From positions 969 to 64,968 of the forward strand of contig CAZTCI010000003.1 of assembly GCA_964612665.1 (NCBI GenBank): DNA of 64,000 bases, in the 5' to 3' direction. The stretch is from an uncultured Planctomycetales bacterium (lineage in GTDB: Bacteria > Omnitrophota > Gorgyraeia > Zapsychrales > JAHFFX01). Shown one piece after another: positions 51,780 to 61,580 of this stretch. Positions within the stretch are counted from its first letter, which is position 1. The number at the start of each line of letters is the position of its first letter. The notes under the pieces are model-generated. The model had not been told where the DNA came from. It made no database searches and saw only the letters and a program-made list of their open reading frames with translations. Position numbers and translations under genes: made by a program.

Positions 51780-51966
51780 AGAATTCTCCCATAATTATCT
51801 CAGCGCGTTGAGTAATTTTACTCAATATTATGAGTAAAATCAAAAGATATTTCAGGCCTTCGCTCTTAAATAAAATTCTTAATCGGTTCCCTGGCTCGTC
51901 ACAACGATGATCAGCGACACAGAAAAGTTAACGAATGTTTTAGATTTTTTCCATCTATCATGTCTA

Positions 51967-52029
51967 GTGGATAGCGGTCAGCGGTTAATGGAATTTATAA
52001 AACACTATCCGCTATGCGCTATCCGCTGC
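51967..52029. repeat. palindromic element, 'ccgctatcc' family, copy b
   Basis: tggatagcggtcagcggttaatgg ... ctatccgctatgcgctatccgctgcc. Confidence 0.6.
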
Positions 52030-52034
52030 CTTTA

Positions 52035-53585
52035 TTAATTAAGCACTGATCCCCCTCGAATAAGGCTGCCTCCTTGGATCAAATGATTATGCGTACCACT
52101 TGTATAGTTAATATAAAAACTAACATTCCAGGTTTTCGCAGCATCTTCCGTCCAGGAATTAGGAAGAGAACCAGTTGCCTCATGAGCAGATGTGTCATAA
52201 GCGGCATTGGAATCGTATTCATTTTTCCAACCGACACAATCAATAGGTGATTGACCATCAGTGCAGGAATCGGCCAGCCAGTAGGTGGTTCCATTTGTCA
52301 TGGAGTATGATCCGGAGACATTAATTGTAAAGGTCGTTACGGTGGTTGTTAAACTCAAAGAAGCGCTGACTTCATCACGTTTTGTCACCGGCACTCCGGA
52401 TCCGTTACTGTATAAACCAAGATAAACGGTCGCTGTACGAGCTCCATTTCCATTTCTTCCCCGCCAGCTTCCACTGGAGATCGTTGAGCCTGTCGTCCCG
52501 CCAAACGAACCCGCATTATACGCTAATTCCCAATCATCAGTATTATCTTCAGATGATCCATTCGTTGTATATCCATACGTCGGATCAATGCGGACTGGGT
52601 AATCGGCGTTGTCTAGAAAATCCTGCGGAACGTCCACGCTCAAAATCCCTTTGGCATACGCCAGTGTCGCCCAGGTTTCGCGGCCGTTTCGGTCAATCGC
52701 TTTGGGTCGGTAAATATGAAACAATTTTCCCGTCGCGTAATTGGTCTTTCCGATCTCATGGTCTCTTTTTTTCTTGTGATAAACGGCATAAGAGCCGACC
52801 ACATTTTCGGGACGGGTATTCATGACGCGTCCTTTTTTGTCAAAACATTGCGTCTCTGTGCAATGGTCGGTGCCTAGTTTAAGTGAGGACGGAATCTCTT
52901 TATTTAAGGCGGGCTGGTAAAGAAAATTTAAATGCCGGGCGCCTTTGATTACAAAATCAAATTTGTTTATCCGCGGTTTTTCTTTCAAAATGATTTCCAT
53001 CTCAATCCCACCGTCTTCCATTTGAGCATCCGCTTTGAGCGGATAAGCGCGAACATCTTCTTTGTCTCCCTTCCACTCGACGATCTCTGAGTCTCCAACC
53101 CTTTGGCCTCGGCCATGAACCTTTGGATAAATAACGCTGAAACCTGATGCGCCGCTCCATCTAGAAAGCGTCACTTGCGGCCTGGACTTTTTGAATTCCG
53201 CTTTTGAAATGCCTCCCTCGGGAACGGAATTGCCCATCTTGATTTGAAATCGGTTGAATCGTTCTTCTAAATGGCCGATCGTTATGACAGGCGATTGCGG
53301 TGTCTGTGCCTTGGGCAGGTTCTCCAATTTCACATTGGTTTCCCCTTGGGCCGGATATGGAAGTGCTTTCTGATTTAACCAGGGAAATGGAAAACTTTGA
53401 TCATTATAAAATCGCAGACCATTTCCTTTCGATAAGATTAATTCCTCAGGCCAATACATCCATTGAGTCAACAAAGAATCAATCGCCAGCGCTGCGCGAG
53501 ATTCTTTGTTGGATAGAATCAAAACGCTACCGATCAACAGCAGAGTAAGCAGAAAAGTTGGGGGAAATCTTGGTATTTTTATCAT
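52035..53585 (-). CDS. secreted hypothetical protein (516 aa), Gly/Ser/Thr-rich C-terminal half
   Basis: Signal peptide MIKIPRFPPTFLLTLLLIGSVLIL. No recognisable catalytic motifs. Confidence 0.5.
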   Translation of the reverse strand: MIKIPRFPPTFLLTLLLIGSVLILSNKESRAALAIDSLLTQWMYWPEELILSKGNGLRFYNDQSFPFPWLNQKALPYPAQGETNVKLENLPKAQTPQSPVITIGHLEERFNRFQIKMGNSVPEGGISKAEFKKSRPQVTLSRWSGASGFSVIYPKVHGRGQRVGDSEIVEWKGDKEDVRAYPLKADAQMEDGGIEMEIILKEKPRINKFDFVIKGARHLNFLYQPALNKEIPSSLKLGTDHCTETQCFDKKGRVMNTRPENVVGSYAVYHKKKRDHEIGKTNYATGKLFHIYRPKAIDRNGRETWATLAYAKGILSVDVPQDFLDNADYPVRIDPTYGYTTNGSSEDNTDDWELAYNAGSFGGTTGSTISSGSWRGRNGNGARTATVYLGLYSNGSGVPVTKRDEVSASLSLTTTVTTFTINVSGSYSMTNGTTYWLADSCTDGQSPIDCVGWKNEYDSNAAYDTSAHEATGSLPNSWTEDAAKTWNVSFYINYTSGTHNHLIQGGSLIRGGSVLN

Positions 53586-53624
53586 CTATTAAAATTAGAT
53601 TCTTTGAGATCGTTCTCTAAACTC

Positions 53625-53850
53625 AAAAAACGGAGAACAGATGTCAGAATTTCAGCAGATAGCTGGCGATTAGCAGTCAGCGGTTAGTGAAGACTGTTAA
53701 AAATTGATAATTAACGCGAATTCTCACGAATTACACACGAATATTTGTGTGCAATTTGCGTTTATTCGGTTCAAATGTTGTTATTCAACAGTTCTCATTA
53801 GTTAAAAATACTAAACACTATCTGCTCTACGCTAGCCGTTACCTTTAGAC
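53625..53850. repeat. composite repeat: 'ccgctatcc'-family arms with a nested 'acacacgaat' REP (copy c and REP C)
   Basis: Left arm cagcagatagctggcgattagcagtcagcggttagtg. Central cgcgaattctcacgaattacacacgaatatttgtgtgcaatttgcg. Right arm actaaacactatctgctctacgctagccgttacc. ~85% identical to 55085-55275. Confidence 0.65.
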
Positions 53851-53895
53851 AATTTACTTGACAAGCATAAAATATCCGGATAAATTTATACCACA

Positions 53896-55047
53896 ATGAA
53901 AATTATCCAAAGACGACAATTCAACCTGAACCTTCCCAAAGGGAAATCTGCTTTCCTTTGGGGACCACGGAAAACAGGCAAAAGCTATTGGATCAAACAT
54001 CATCTTCCAGCTGCTCCTCTCATTGATCTTCTTAAAACTGATGTTTTTGCGGAATATTCCTCCCGGCCTTCTCTTTTAAGGGAACGATATCAAGATCAAA
54101 AGGGACTTATCGTCATCGATGAAATCCAAAAAGTTCCGGCACTTCTCGATGAAGTTCATTGGCTCATTGAAAACGGAGCGCTTTCTTTTCTTTTAACCGG
54201 ATCGAGCGCCCGCAAACTCCGCCACGGACATTCCAACCTCTTGGGCGGACGAGCCTGGAAAAGAACAATGTGCCCTCTCTCTTGGAGTGAAGTTTCCGGT
54301 TTCGATTTGGAACAGGTCATGACATCCGGTCTTTTGCCGCCTCACTTTCTTTCTTCAGCGCCCTTGGAAGATCTACGCGCCTACGTTGGGGATTATTTAA
54401 AAGAAGAAATCGCCGCCGAAGCGCTGACTCAAAATATTCCAGCTTTCAGTGAATTTCTACGCATTGCCGCCATCACCTCAAGTGAACTCATCAATTATGT
54501 CAACATCGCCCGAGAAGCTGGCATTTCCCATAACGTTGTCCGCAATTACATCAGTATCTTGGAAGACACTTATCTTGGACGCCGGCTGTCTTCCTGGAAA
54601 AAGTCATCGAATCGACGGATGATTCTCACCGAAAAATTTTATCTTTTTGATGTCGGTGTCGCCAATTATTTAGCCCATCGACAACCCAAGATTGGCAGTC
54701 CGGAATTCGGTAAATCCTTCGAACATTTTATTTTTATGGAACTGTGCGCCTATCAAGCTTACCGTGCTTTTGATCTACCGCTAAGTTACTGGCGTTCCAG
54801 TACCGGTTATGAAGTTGATTTTATCGTCGGAGATAAAGAACTTGCCATTGAAGCTAAGGCCTCTTCTCGGGTCCATGAAGGGGATTTACGTCCTATGCGA
54901 GCGCTTCTAGAAGACGGCCCCATCAAACATCCTTGCATCGTCTCACTTGAGAAAGAACCACGTCGCACCTCTCACGGAATCAAAATCCTGCCTTGGAATA
55001 TTTTTCTCAAAGAACTTTGGGACGGAAACTTGATTAAAAGCTCATAA
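53896..55047 (+). CDS. AAA+ ATPase, COG1373 / DUF4143 family (second copy, opposite strand)
   Basis: Walker A GPRKTGKS and Walker B LIVIDEIQ. Same architecture as 50592..51779. Confidence 0.8.
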   Translation: MKIIQRRQFNLNLPKGKSAFLWGPRKTGKSYWIKHHLPAAPLIDLLKTDVFAEYSSRPSLLRERYQDQKGLIVIDEIQKVPALLDEVHWLIENGALSFLLTGSSARKLRHGHSNLLGGRAWKRTMCPLSWSEVSGFDLEQVMTSGLLPPHFLSSAPLEDLRAYVGDYLKEEIAAEALTQNIPAFSEFLRIAAITSSELINYVNIAREAGISHNVVRNYISILEDTYLGRRLSSWKKSSNRRMILTEKFYLFDVGVANYLAHRQPKIGSPEFGKSFEHFIFMELCAYQAYRAFDLPLSYWRSSTGYEVDFIVGDKELAIEAKASSRVHEGDLRPMRALLEDGPIKHPCIVSLEKEPRRTSHGIKILPWNIFLKELWDGNLIKSS

Positions 55048-55084
55048 TCCTTTGATTTCTGACATCCGTCCTCTGAACTAAGAA

Positions 55085-55275
55085 AACGGAAAACAGAGGT
55101 CAGATGTTAGAATTTCAGCAGATAGCGATTAGCGGTCAGTTAAGACTGTTTAAAATTGCTTAACGCGAATTCTCACGAATTACACACGAATATTCGCGAA
55201 TATTTGTGTGCAATTCGCGTTTATTTGCGTTCAAATTATTATTAACAGCGCTCTACACACTATCCGCTGCTTTCA
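55085..55275. repeat. composite repeat (copy d and REP D), direct repeat of 53625-53850
   Basis: aaaacggaaaacagaggtcagatgttagaatttcagcagatagcgattagcggtcag ... cgcgaattctcacgaattacacacgaatattcgcgaatatttgtgtgcaattcgcg ... ctctacacactatccgctgc. Confidence 0.65.
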
Positions 55276-55312
55276 ATTAATCATCAATCCTTTCTCGAAG
55301 TTTATTGTCTTC

Positions 55313-55759
55313 CTAAAACTCCATTAGGCGAAACATTTTGACACTCTGATTAAACGTCACTTCCTTAAAGAGATCAAAAAAGCCATCTCTGCCTAAGAAT
55401 CCAATACCTTTGCTGTTTAACTTGGTAGAGAATCCAGCCCGACATTCAAAAATCCAAGGTTCATCTTTAATGATGATTTCCACTTTCACCTGATGAAAAT
55501 ATAATGTTTCTTTACCGCCTATCCCGAAGGTGGACAGATTTTTCCCTTCTTGAATATTTAGTCCAATAGCCTTTCCCGTATTAACTGGAAATACGCAAAA
55601 ATCGGCCCCGGAATCAACAAGGGAATCGATATAGAATAATCGTTCCTTATTTTTATAAAACAGTGTGGTTTTCAAAACAGGAACGTAAATAGTTTTGGAA
55701 GGAATATCACCTTGCGCAGGTATTTGAATTCTTTGATATGGAACAGTGCTGTAGCTCAA
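55313..55759 (-). CDS. retropepsin-like (clan AA) aspartic protease
   Basis: DSGAD active-site motif (YIDSLVDSGADFCVFP) followed by a glycine-rich flap-like GIGG. 148 aa. Confidence 0.6.
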   Translation of the reverse strand: MSYSTVPYQRIQIPAQGDIPSKTIYVPVLKTTLFYKNKERLFYIDSLVDSGADFCVFPVNTGKAIGLNIQEGKNLSTFGIGGKETLYFHQVKVEIIIKDEPWIFECRAGFSTKLNSKGIGFLGRDGFFDLFKEVTFNQSVKMFRLMEF

Positions 55760-55962
55760 AAGATAATGGCAGCTGTTGAAGCGTCGGGAGATTTAACTAT
55801 ATGTGGACAGGACTCGCCTTTTCTGTGTGCATCATTTAACACCGCCTGAAAACTTTTGCGTACACTGACAACATGGGTGTCGTCAGCGGATAGAGCAACC
55901 CACCGCCCAGGAAATGGTTTAATTAATTCGTTGATTGATGTTTCTTTAACGCGTTTAATCAT
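55756..55962 (-). CDS. small DUF5678-like protein coupled to the retropepsin-like protease
   Basis: ~69 aa (MIKRVKETSINELIKPFPGRWVALSADDTHVVSV...). 4-nt stop/start overlap with the protease gene. Confidence 0.45.
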   Translation of the reverse strand: MIKRVKETSINELIKPFPGRWVALSADDTHVVSVRKSFQAVLNDAHRKGESCPHIVKSPDASTAAIIF

Positions 55963-56012
55963 GGTTTCATTATGATCTTCAAATATTTTGAAACAAGAAA
56001 AATTTAAAAAAT

Positions 56013-56786
56013 TTAACGCATTGTCATCCCGCCATCTACACAAATAATCTGGCCGGTGATATATTGAGCTGAATCGCTCAGCAAAAATTTAACGCAGTTG
56101 GCCACATCTTCGACGGAACCGATGCGGCCCAGCGGAATGGTTTCGGCGATTTTCTTTTTTTGTTCGTCTTTAAATCCGGAAAGGATATCGGTTTCAATAA
56201 AACCAGGGGCGACCGCGTTGACGCGGATATTGAAGGCCGCGACTTCTTTGGCCAGCGCTTTTGTAAACGCGTTAATGCCGCCTTTTGTCGCTGAGTAATT
56301 TGTCTGACGGGCGAGGCCGATGACGCCGCTGACCGAGGAGATATTAACAATCGCGCCGCTTTTTTGTTTCATCAAAGTGACGATAACTGCGCGCGAGGCG
56401 TTATAAAATCCCGTTAAATTGGTATCAACAACTGTCTGCCAATCTTCGGGCGTCATCATCATTAAGGCCTTGTCGATAATAATGCCGGCGTTGTTGATGA
56501 GAATATCGAGCCGGCCGAAATGTTCGCGCGTTTGCTCGACCCAGGCTTTGACTTGGTTGAAATCTTTCATGTCAACCTGCGCGGCTTTGACGTCGCCGCC
56601 GAGCTTTTTGACTTCCTCTTCTAATGCCTGCGCAGCGTTCTGATTTTTTTGATAACTAAACGCGACCCGAGCGCCGGATTTCGCGAGCATAAGTACAATC
56701 GCGCGTCCGATACCGCGGCTACCGCCGGTGACAAGCGCGACTCTATCTTTTAAAAATTTTTCAGTCTCGTTGAAAGATTCGCTCAT
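56013..56786 (-). CDS. fabG: 3-oxoacyl-ACP reductase (SDR)
   Basis: TGGSRGIGRAI, NAG, YSATK motifs. Confidence 0.85.
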   Translation of the reverse strand: MSESFNETEKFLKDRVALVTGGSRGIGRAIVLMLAKSGARVAFSYQKNQNAAQALEEEVKKLGGDVKAAQVDMKDFNQVKAWVEQTREHFGRLDILINNAGIIIDKALMMMTPEDWQTVVDTNLTGFYNASRAVIVTLMKQKSGAIVNISSVSGVIGLARQTNYSATKGGINAFTKALAKEVAAFNIRVNAVAPGFIETDILSGFKDEQKKKIAETIPLGRIGSVEDVANCVKFLLSDSAQYITGQIICVDGGMTMR

Positions 56787-58024
56787 GGTTCATATTTCCT
56801 TAAAACCATGCAGGTGTTTTGGCCGCTGGGCGCCATGGTTACGACCAAAACATTTTTGACTTTGGCGGGGCGCGATTGGTTAGGCACGTAATCCAAATCG
56901 CAATCCGGATCAGGTTCTTTGTAATTCACCGTTGGAGGAAGGAAATCCCAGTTGATTGCGCCCAGGGCGGCGAGCGTTTCGAACGCGCCGGAGACGCTGT
57001 AACACTCGCCGGTCATCGATTTAACGGCGCTGACTGGAATTTTGTGGGCATGTTCACCAAACACTTCTTTAATCGCGAGCGTCTCAACGCGGTCGGCGGT
57101 AATTGTTGAATTCGCGTTGGCCGCAATATAGTCGATGTCTTTAGGCTCAAGCCCCGCATCTTCTAACGCAAAACGCATCGCTTGTTTGATGCCGGTTGCG
57201 CGTGGATTATATTTATGGATGCGGAAAGGATCAAAGCAAGTGCCGAAGCCCACAACCTCGGCGAGAATCCGCGCGCCGCGGGCTTTAGCCTGGTCATAAT
57301 CTTCCATTGCAACAAGCGCCGCGCCTTCGCCAAAGGTCACGCCGTTACGTCTTTTATCAAAAGGACAATTGATAAATGTTTCGCCGGGCTTTGATCCGGA
57401 CATAAACTGCAGATTATAAAATCCAAAAAATGTTTGGATGCACAACTCTTCAACCCCGCCGGCGAGGATAAATTTATACCGGCCGTCTTTGATGAAATCA
57501 TAAGCATAACTCATCGCATCCAGACTTGCGGTGAAGCCGGTCGATATCGTTGTGTTAAAACCTTTGATGTAATGCCAGATGGAAATCTGGCTGGCAGGGG
57601 AATTGATGACCGTGTTGGGGAAAAGTGCGGGATTGACGTAGCGCGGGCCTTCGCGCAGCGTGATTTCGTCAAACTCAACAATGCTGCGCAAACTGCCGAG
57701 CGTGCAGCCGACGGAGACACCGCATTCTTCGGTATTTGTGTCGTCAATTTTGAATCCGGTATCATCGATACAGAGTTTGGCGGCGGAAACGATGAGTTTG
57801 ATACTCCGGTCTAAAAGCCTCAGCCGTTTTTCGCCCATGTAAACGCGGGCGTCGAAGTCGCTGATTTCACCGGCGATTTTTGTCGCGAATTGTTCAGGAT
57901 CGAAGGTCACAATCGGTTTGTAACCGACTTTACCATCTTTTAAAGCCTGCCAAAATTCTTCGCGGCCTTTACCGTTGCTCGCTAAAATGCCAGCGCCTGT
58001 GATGACGACACGTGGATCTTCCAT
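56783..58024 (-). CDS. fabF: beta-ketoacyl-ACP synthase II-like
   Basis: KAS thiolase fold with active-site Cys (GCTLGS... region) and the C-terminal His pair. Confidence 0.8.
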   Translation of the reverse strand: MEDPRVVITGAGILASNGKGREEFWQALKDGKVGYKPIVTFDPEQFATKIAGEISDFDARVYMGEKRLRLLDRSIKLIVSAAKLCIDDTGFKIDDTNTEECGVSVGCTLGSLRSIVEFDEITLREGPRYVNPALFPNTVINSPASQISIWHYIKGFNTTISTGFTASLDAMSYAYDFIKDGRYKFILAGGVEELCIQTFFGFYNLQFMSGSKPGETFINCPFDKRRNGVTFGEGAALVAMEDYDQAKARGARILAEVVGFGTCFDPFRIHKYNPRATGIKQAMRFALEDAGLEPKDIDYIAANANSTITADRVETLAIKEVFGEHAHKIPVSAVKSMTGECYSVSGAFETLAALGAINWDFLPPTVNYKEPDPDCDLDYVPNQSRPAKVKNVLVVTMAPSGQNTCMVLRKYEP

Positions 58025-58216
58025 AAAGAAATTTTATTTAGATGATTAAATACTGTCGGTTAAAGTTAAGATGCCGGTATCGTTTAGCGTTTGAAGGTAA
58101 CGTTGAGACCAAAAACCTAACCCATCAACGAAACGGGCATCGTTACCTTTACTATTTTTGAGTGCGGCTATATCGTATACAAGGTTGTGGAAAAAAGCAA
58201 TAATGAGTTCTTATTA

Positions 58217-58364
58217 CTAGAAGTCATCTCCTAAATGGCATTGAGCGGGCAGCGGGTGGCACGGCGAGCCGATTGTGGGAGGATCCACACTGGGCGGAGG
58301 GGCCCACAAGCGGTTTGCCGTGACAGGACCCGCTGTCTTCGGCTATTTATGCGATACGTTCTAG
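58217..58364 (+). repeat. GC-rich structured MITE-like element, copy 2
   Basis: ~90% identical to 27271..27418, with the same TIRs and internal pairing. Confidence 0.7.
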
Positions 58365-58367
58365 AAT

Positions 58368-58430
58368 GAAAACAAAAAGCGCCGGGCCCAGGCCTGGCAA
58401 CCACGCAGCGCCGACAGGCCTGGGCCCGCG
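58368..58430 (-). terminator. rho-independent terminator downstream of ribE
   Basis: 14-bp GC stem gggcccaggcctg / caggcctgggccc, followed on the minus strand by CTTTTTGTTTT. Confidence 0.6.
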
Positions 58431-58445
58431 GTCATTTATCGTCGG

Positions 58446-58490
58446 TTAATTCGCGAATATCCGCGTGCAATCCGCGACCATTCGCGTTCA
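58446..58490. repeat. REP-like element, 'acacacgaat' family, degenerate copy E
   Basis: aattcgcgaatatccgcgtgcaatccgcgaccattcgcg. Confidence 0.4.
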
Positions 58491-58498
58491 TAGAAGTT

Positions 58499-59092
58499 TT
58501 AACGCCGCCCCAAAACATACTTCGCCAAAATATCCGTCTCAATATTCACCGCGTCATTAATTTTCTTTAAACCGAGCGTTGTGACTTTAAGCGTAAACGG
58601 AATTAAATAAACTGAAAACCAGGACGCCGTCACAGTGCCGACCGTTAGGCTGACACCATCTAAAGTTATTGAACCTTTGGGCACTAAAAAACGCTTCAAC
58701 TGTTTATCGCAATTTATCCGAAATTCAACAAAATTCGGCCGCTTAAAAATATTCTTTATGACACCAACACCATCCACATGCCCGGAGACAAAATGACCGC
58801 CGAACCGGCTGTTTGCTTTCAACGCGCGCTCAAAATTCACCATCGAGCCTTTAGCTAAATCTTTTAGCGTCGTTTTCAAAATCGTTTCCTGCATCGCTTC
58901 AAAAATAAATCGATCCGGCCGTACTAACTGCGTTGCCGTCAAACAAATACCGTTGACCGCAATGCTATCTCCTTTTTTTGTTCCCTTGAAAATAGCGCCG
59001 CAGCGAACGGTCAATTGCAAAAGATTCGCCAATTGTTTTACGCTTTGGACTTTTCCCTGCGCTTCAATGATCCCGGTGAACATAGCCTTCAA
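58499..59092 (-). CDS. ribE: riboflavin synthase alpha subunit
   Basis: Two lumazine-binding repeats (MFTGII... / SGHVDGVG). Confidence 0.85.
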   Translation of the reverse strand: MKAMFTGIIEAQGKVQSVKQLANLLQLTVRCGAIFKGTKKGDSIAVNGICLTATQLVRPDRFIFEAMQETILKTTLKDLAKGSMVNFERALKANSRFGGHFVSGHVDGVGVIKNIFKRPNFVEFRINCDKQLKRFLVPKGSITLDGVSLTVGTVTASWFSVYLIPFTLKVTTLGLKKINDAVNIETDILAKYVLGRR

Positions 59093-60164
59093 TCAAAATA
59101 TCTTCGTTAATCTTTTGGACCGTTAAGTTGTCTAATTTAACCGTTTCATCTATGTGATTGATTTTAAACCCTGAAATAGCGTCGATCGCGTTTTCATCCC
59201 CCATGATTTTTGGCGCGACGAAAATCAAAAGTTTATCAACACATCCGGCCTTTAAAGCCCGTCCAGTCGTCTGTCCTCCACCTTCAATAAGGAGGCTCGC
59301 GATTTCCTGCTTGGTCAATTCTTCTAAAAGCCACGGCCAATCCAAATTATTCTTAATCATCGGAGCTTCTAAGACGCGGGCGCCTTTTCTTTCAAGCGCT
59401 TTTATTTTAGGTTTGGATGCTTTTCGGCCAGTTACAACGATAACATCACCATCAGCGGTTTCCTTAAATACATTAGCATTCACTGGCGTTTTTAATTTCG
59501 CATCAAGAATGATTTTTTTAATCGGCCGGCGCCGCCCAACGGCGTTTAAAAACGGATTATCCTTAAGGACGGTGTTAATTCCGACGACAATCCCATCAAA
59601 ATCCCGCCGCAAAAGATGGGCCAAATCGCGTGAGCTTTGAGACGTGATCCATTGTGACTGTCCGTTTTGCGCGGCGATTTTTCCATCCAGTGTCTGCGCG
59701 CATTTTGCGACGACAAACGGCACGCGTTTGGTTATGTATTTCATAAAGGCTTCATTCATCCTTAAAAGCTCATCTTCTAGAAATCCAACTTTAACTTTGA
59801 TCCGCGCGTCTTTTAATTTCTGAAAGGTTTGACCGCTGTTAAGCGGGTTTGGATCTTTCATGCCGATGATGACTTCGGTGATACCGCTTTCAATAATTTT
59901 ATCAACGCACGGCGGCGTGCGGCCGAAATGCGCGCAGGGTTCGAGCGTCACATAAAGTTTGGCGCCTTTCGCTTTGGGGCCAGCTTTTTTAATCGCCATG
60001 ATTTCGGCGTGGTCACCGCCAAGGTAAGCGTGCCAGCCTTCGGCGATAATTTTTGCACCTTTAACCAAAAGCGCGCCGACGATTGGATTGGGTGAGGTTT
60101 GTCCACGGCCGCGCTGTGCTAAATCCCGGGCGAGCTTCATATAATCTAAATCAGATAAGCTCAT
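59064..60164 (-). CDS. ribD: bifunctional diaminohydroxyphosphoribosylaminopyrimidine deaminase / 5-amino-6-(5-phosphoribosylamino)uracil reductase
   Basis: CMP/dCMP deaminase zinc motif (HAEIMAI...PCAHFGRTPPC) plus the reductase domain. Confidence 0.9.
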   Translation of the reverse strand: MSLSDLDYMKLARDLAQRGRGQTSPNPIVGALLVKGAKIIAEGWHAYLGGDHAEIMAIKKAGPKAKGAKLYVTLEPCAHFGRTPPCVDKIIESGITEVIIGMKDPNPLNSGQTFQKLKDARIKVKVGFLEDELLRMNEAFMKYITKRVPFVVAKCAQTLDGKIAAQNGQSQWITSQSSRDLAHLLRRDFDGIVVGINTVLKDNPFLNAVGRRRPIKKIILDAKLKTPVNANVFKETADGDVIVVTGRKASKPKIKALERKGARVLEAPMIKNNLDWPWLLEELTKQEIASLLIEGGGQTTGRALKAGCVDKLLIFVAPKIMGDENAIDAISGFKINHIDETVKLDNLTVQKINEDILIEGYVHRDH

Positions 60165-60991
60165 AGCGCATTCCCCGCCAATTTCCGCATCTGCTCGACG
60201 GTCTCATAAGGGATCTTAACTTTACCGATAAAAGTATTGTCTTTGGTGTCTCCATGCGCATCCGAACCGCCGGTTCGAATCAAATTATGTTTGTGGGCGA
60301 TACCTTCATAATAACTGACGATGTTAGAACTGATGTTCGGGTAATATGTTTCAAGTCCCTGTAGTCCTTCTTGGACTAAACTCGGAATCATTTCATCGCG
60401 GTTGTTAAGCATCGGATGCGCGAGGACGGCGACACCGCCGGCTTTACGGATAAGTGCGATCACTTCGTGAGGTGTTTGGATATATTTTTCGACGTAGGCC
60501 GGCGCGTTTTCACCGAGATAACGGTCGAAGGCTTCGCGTAACGAACCGACCCATCCTTTTTTAACCAGCGTCATGGCCAGATGCGGCCGCCCGACGGATT
60601 TTGACTGCGTCAACGCGCAGACTTCATCCAAAGAAATATTGGTAATGCCGAATTCTTTTAACTTTCCGATCATCCGTTCGATACGGACAACTCGTGCTTC
60701 CTGCATAAAATGGAGCGCTTTCACAAAAGCTTCATTGTGACAATCAACAAAATAACCAAGGACATGGATATCTTTACCACCTGATTCCGAAGATAATTCA
60801 ATGCCGGTAATGACCTCAAGGCCGGAGGCTTCGGCGGCTTTTTGGGTTGGAATAACGCCGTCTACAGTATCATGGTCGGTAATACTGATACACGACAAGC
60901 CGGCTTTAAGAGATTTTTCAACAACTTGTTCAGGCGTAAAAGTCCCATCGGAAAAATGCGTATGAATATGCAAATCAGCCGAACGGTTCAC
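60161..60991 (-). CDS. PHP-domain metal-dependent phosphoesterase
   Basis: [12 protein letters not shown] ... ISITDHD. Confidence 0.75.
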   Translation of the reverse strand: MNRSADLHIHTHFSDGTFTPEQVVEKSLKAGLSCISITDHDTVDGVIPTQKAAEASGLEVITGIELSSESGGKDIHVLGYFVDCHNEAFVKALHFMQEARVVRIERMIGKLKEFGITNISLDEVCALTQSKSVGRPHLAMTLVKKGWVGSLREAFDRYLGENAPAYVEKYIQTPHEVIALIRKAGGVAVLAHPMLNNRDEMIPSLVQEGLQGLETYYPNISSNIVSYYEGIAHKHNLIRTGGSDAHGDTKDNTFIGKVKIPYETVEQMRKLAGNAL

Positions 60992-61416
60992 AACTTTTTA
61001 CCTTCAGGCAAAGGCTCGTTTTTATGAATGGTGTCTAAAATGCCGTTAACGAATTTGCTTGATTCCAAATCGCCGTATTTCTTGGCGAGTTCAACGGCTT
61101 CGTTAATGGTGACTTTGGGTGGAATGTCGAGGGTAAATTTTAATTCATAAACGCCTAGACGCAAAATATTGCGGTCAATAATCGCCATGCGTTTGAGCTG
61201 CCAGTTGGTGGCGTATTGAGAAATTTTTTCATCAATGGCGGGAAGATGCTGATGAACACCGCTGACTAGACGTTTGCAGAATTCAAAGACTTCTTCATCT
61301 TTGGTTTCTTCGTTTTCCCAAAAATTTTCGATACTGCGGTCAATGGGACGCGAGGAAACGTCGATTTGATATAAAATTTTTAAAGCCCAATCGCGGGCGG
61401 TGCTGCGTTTTCGCAT
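60988..61416 (-). CDS. nusB: transcription antitermination factor NusB
   Basis: NusB family, 142 aa. Confidence 0.85.
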   Translation of the reverse strand: MRKRSTARDWALKILYQIDVSSRPIDRSIENFWENEETKDEEVFEFCKRLVSGVHQHLPAIDEKISQYATNWQLKRMAIIDRNILRLGVYELKFTLDIPPKVTINEAVELAKKYGDLESSKFVNGILDTIHKNEPLPEGKKL

Positions 61417-61446
61417 ATTTTATTTAGTCAGACTGTAACTATTGTT

Positions 61447-61492
61447 AACGCGGATCATCGCGGATTACACACAGATGATCGTGAATATTCCG
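61447..61492. repeat. REP-like element, 'acacacgaat' family, degenerate copy F
   Basis: aacgcggatcatcgcggattacacacagatgatcgtgaat. Confidence 0.4.
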
Positions 61493-61580
61493 TTGGAATC
61501 TACTTTCCGCTTAATCTGGAGTTACGCCGGGCTTGGCCCCGGCGATTTAAATAGCGTGGGCCAAGCCCGCGCTTACGGAC

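Noticed and set aside
53580-55300. Possibility that the repeat-flanked ATPase/secreted-protein genes are integron cassettes with attC sites
   Set aside because: The palindromes lack the GTTRRRY / RYYYAAC core and inverse-core pattern. The gene orientations are mixed. No intI gene is present.
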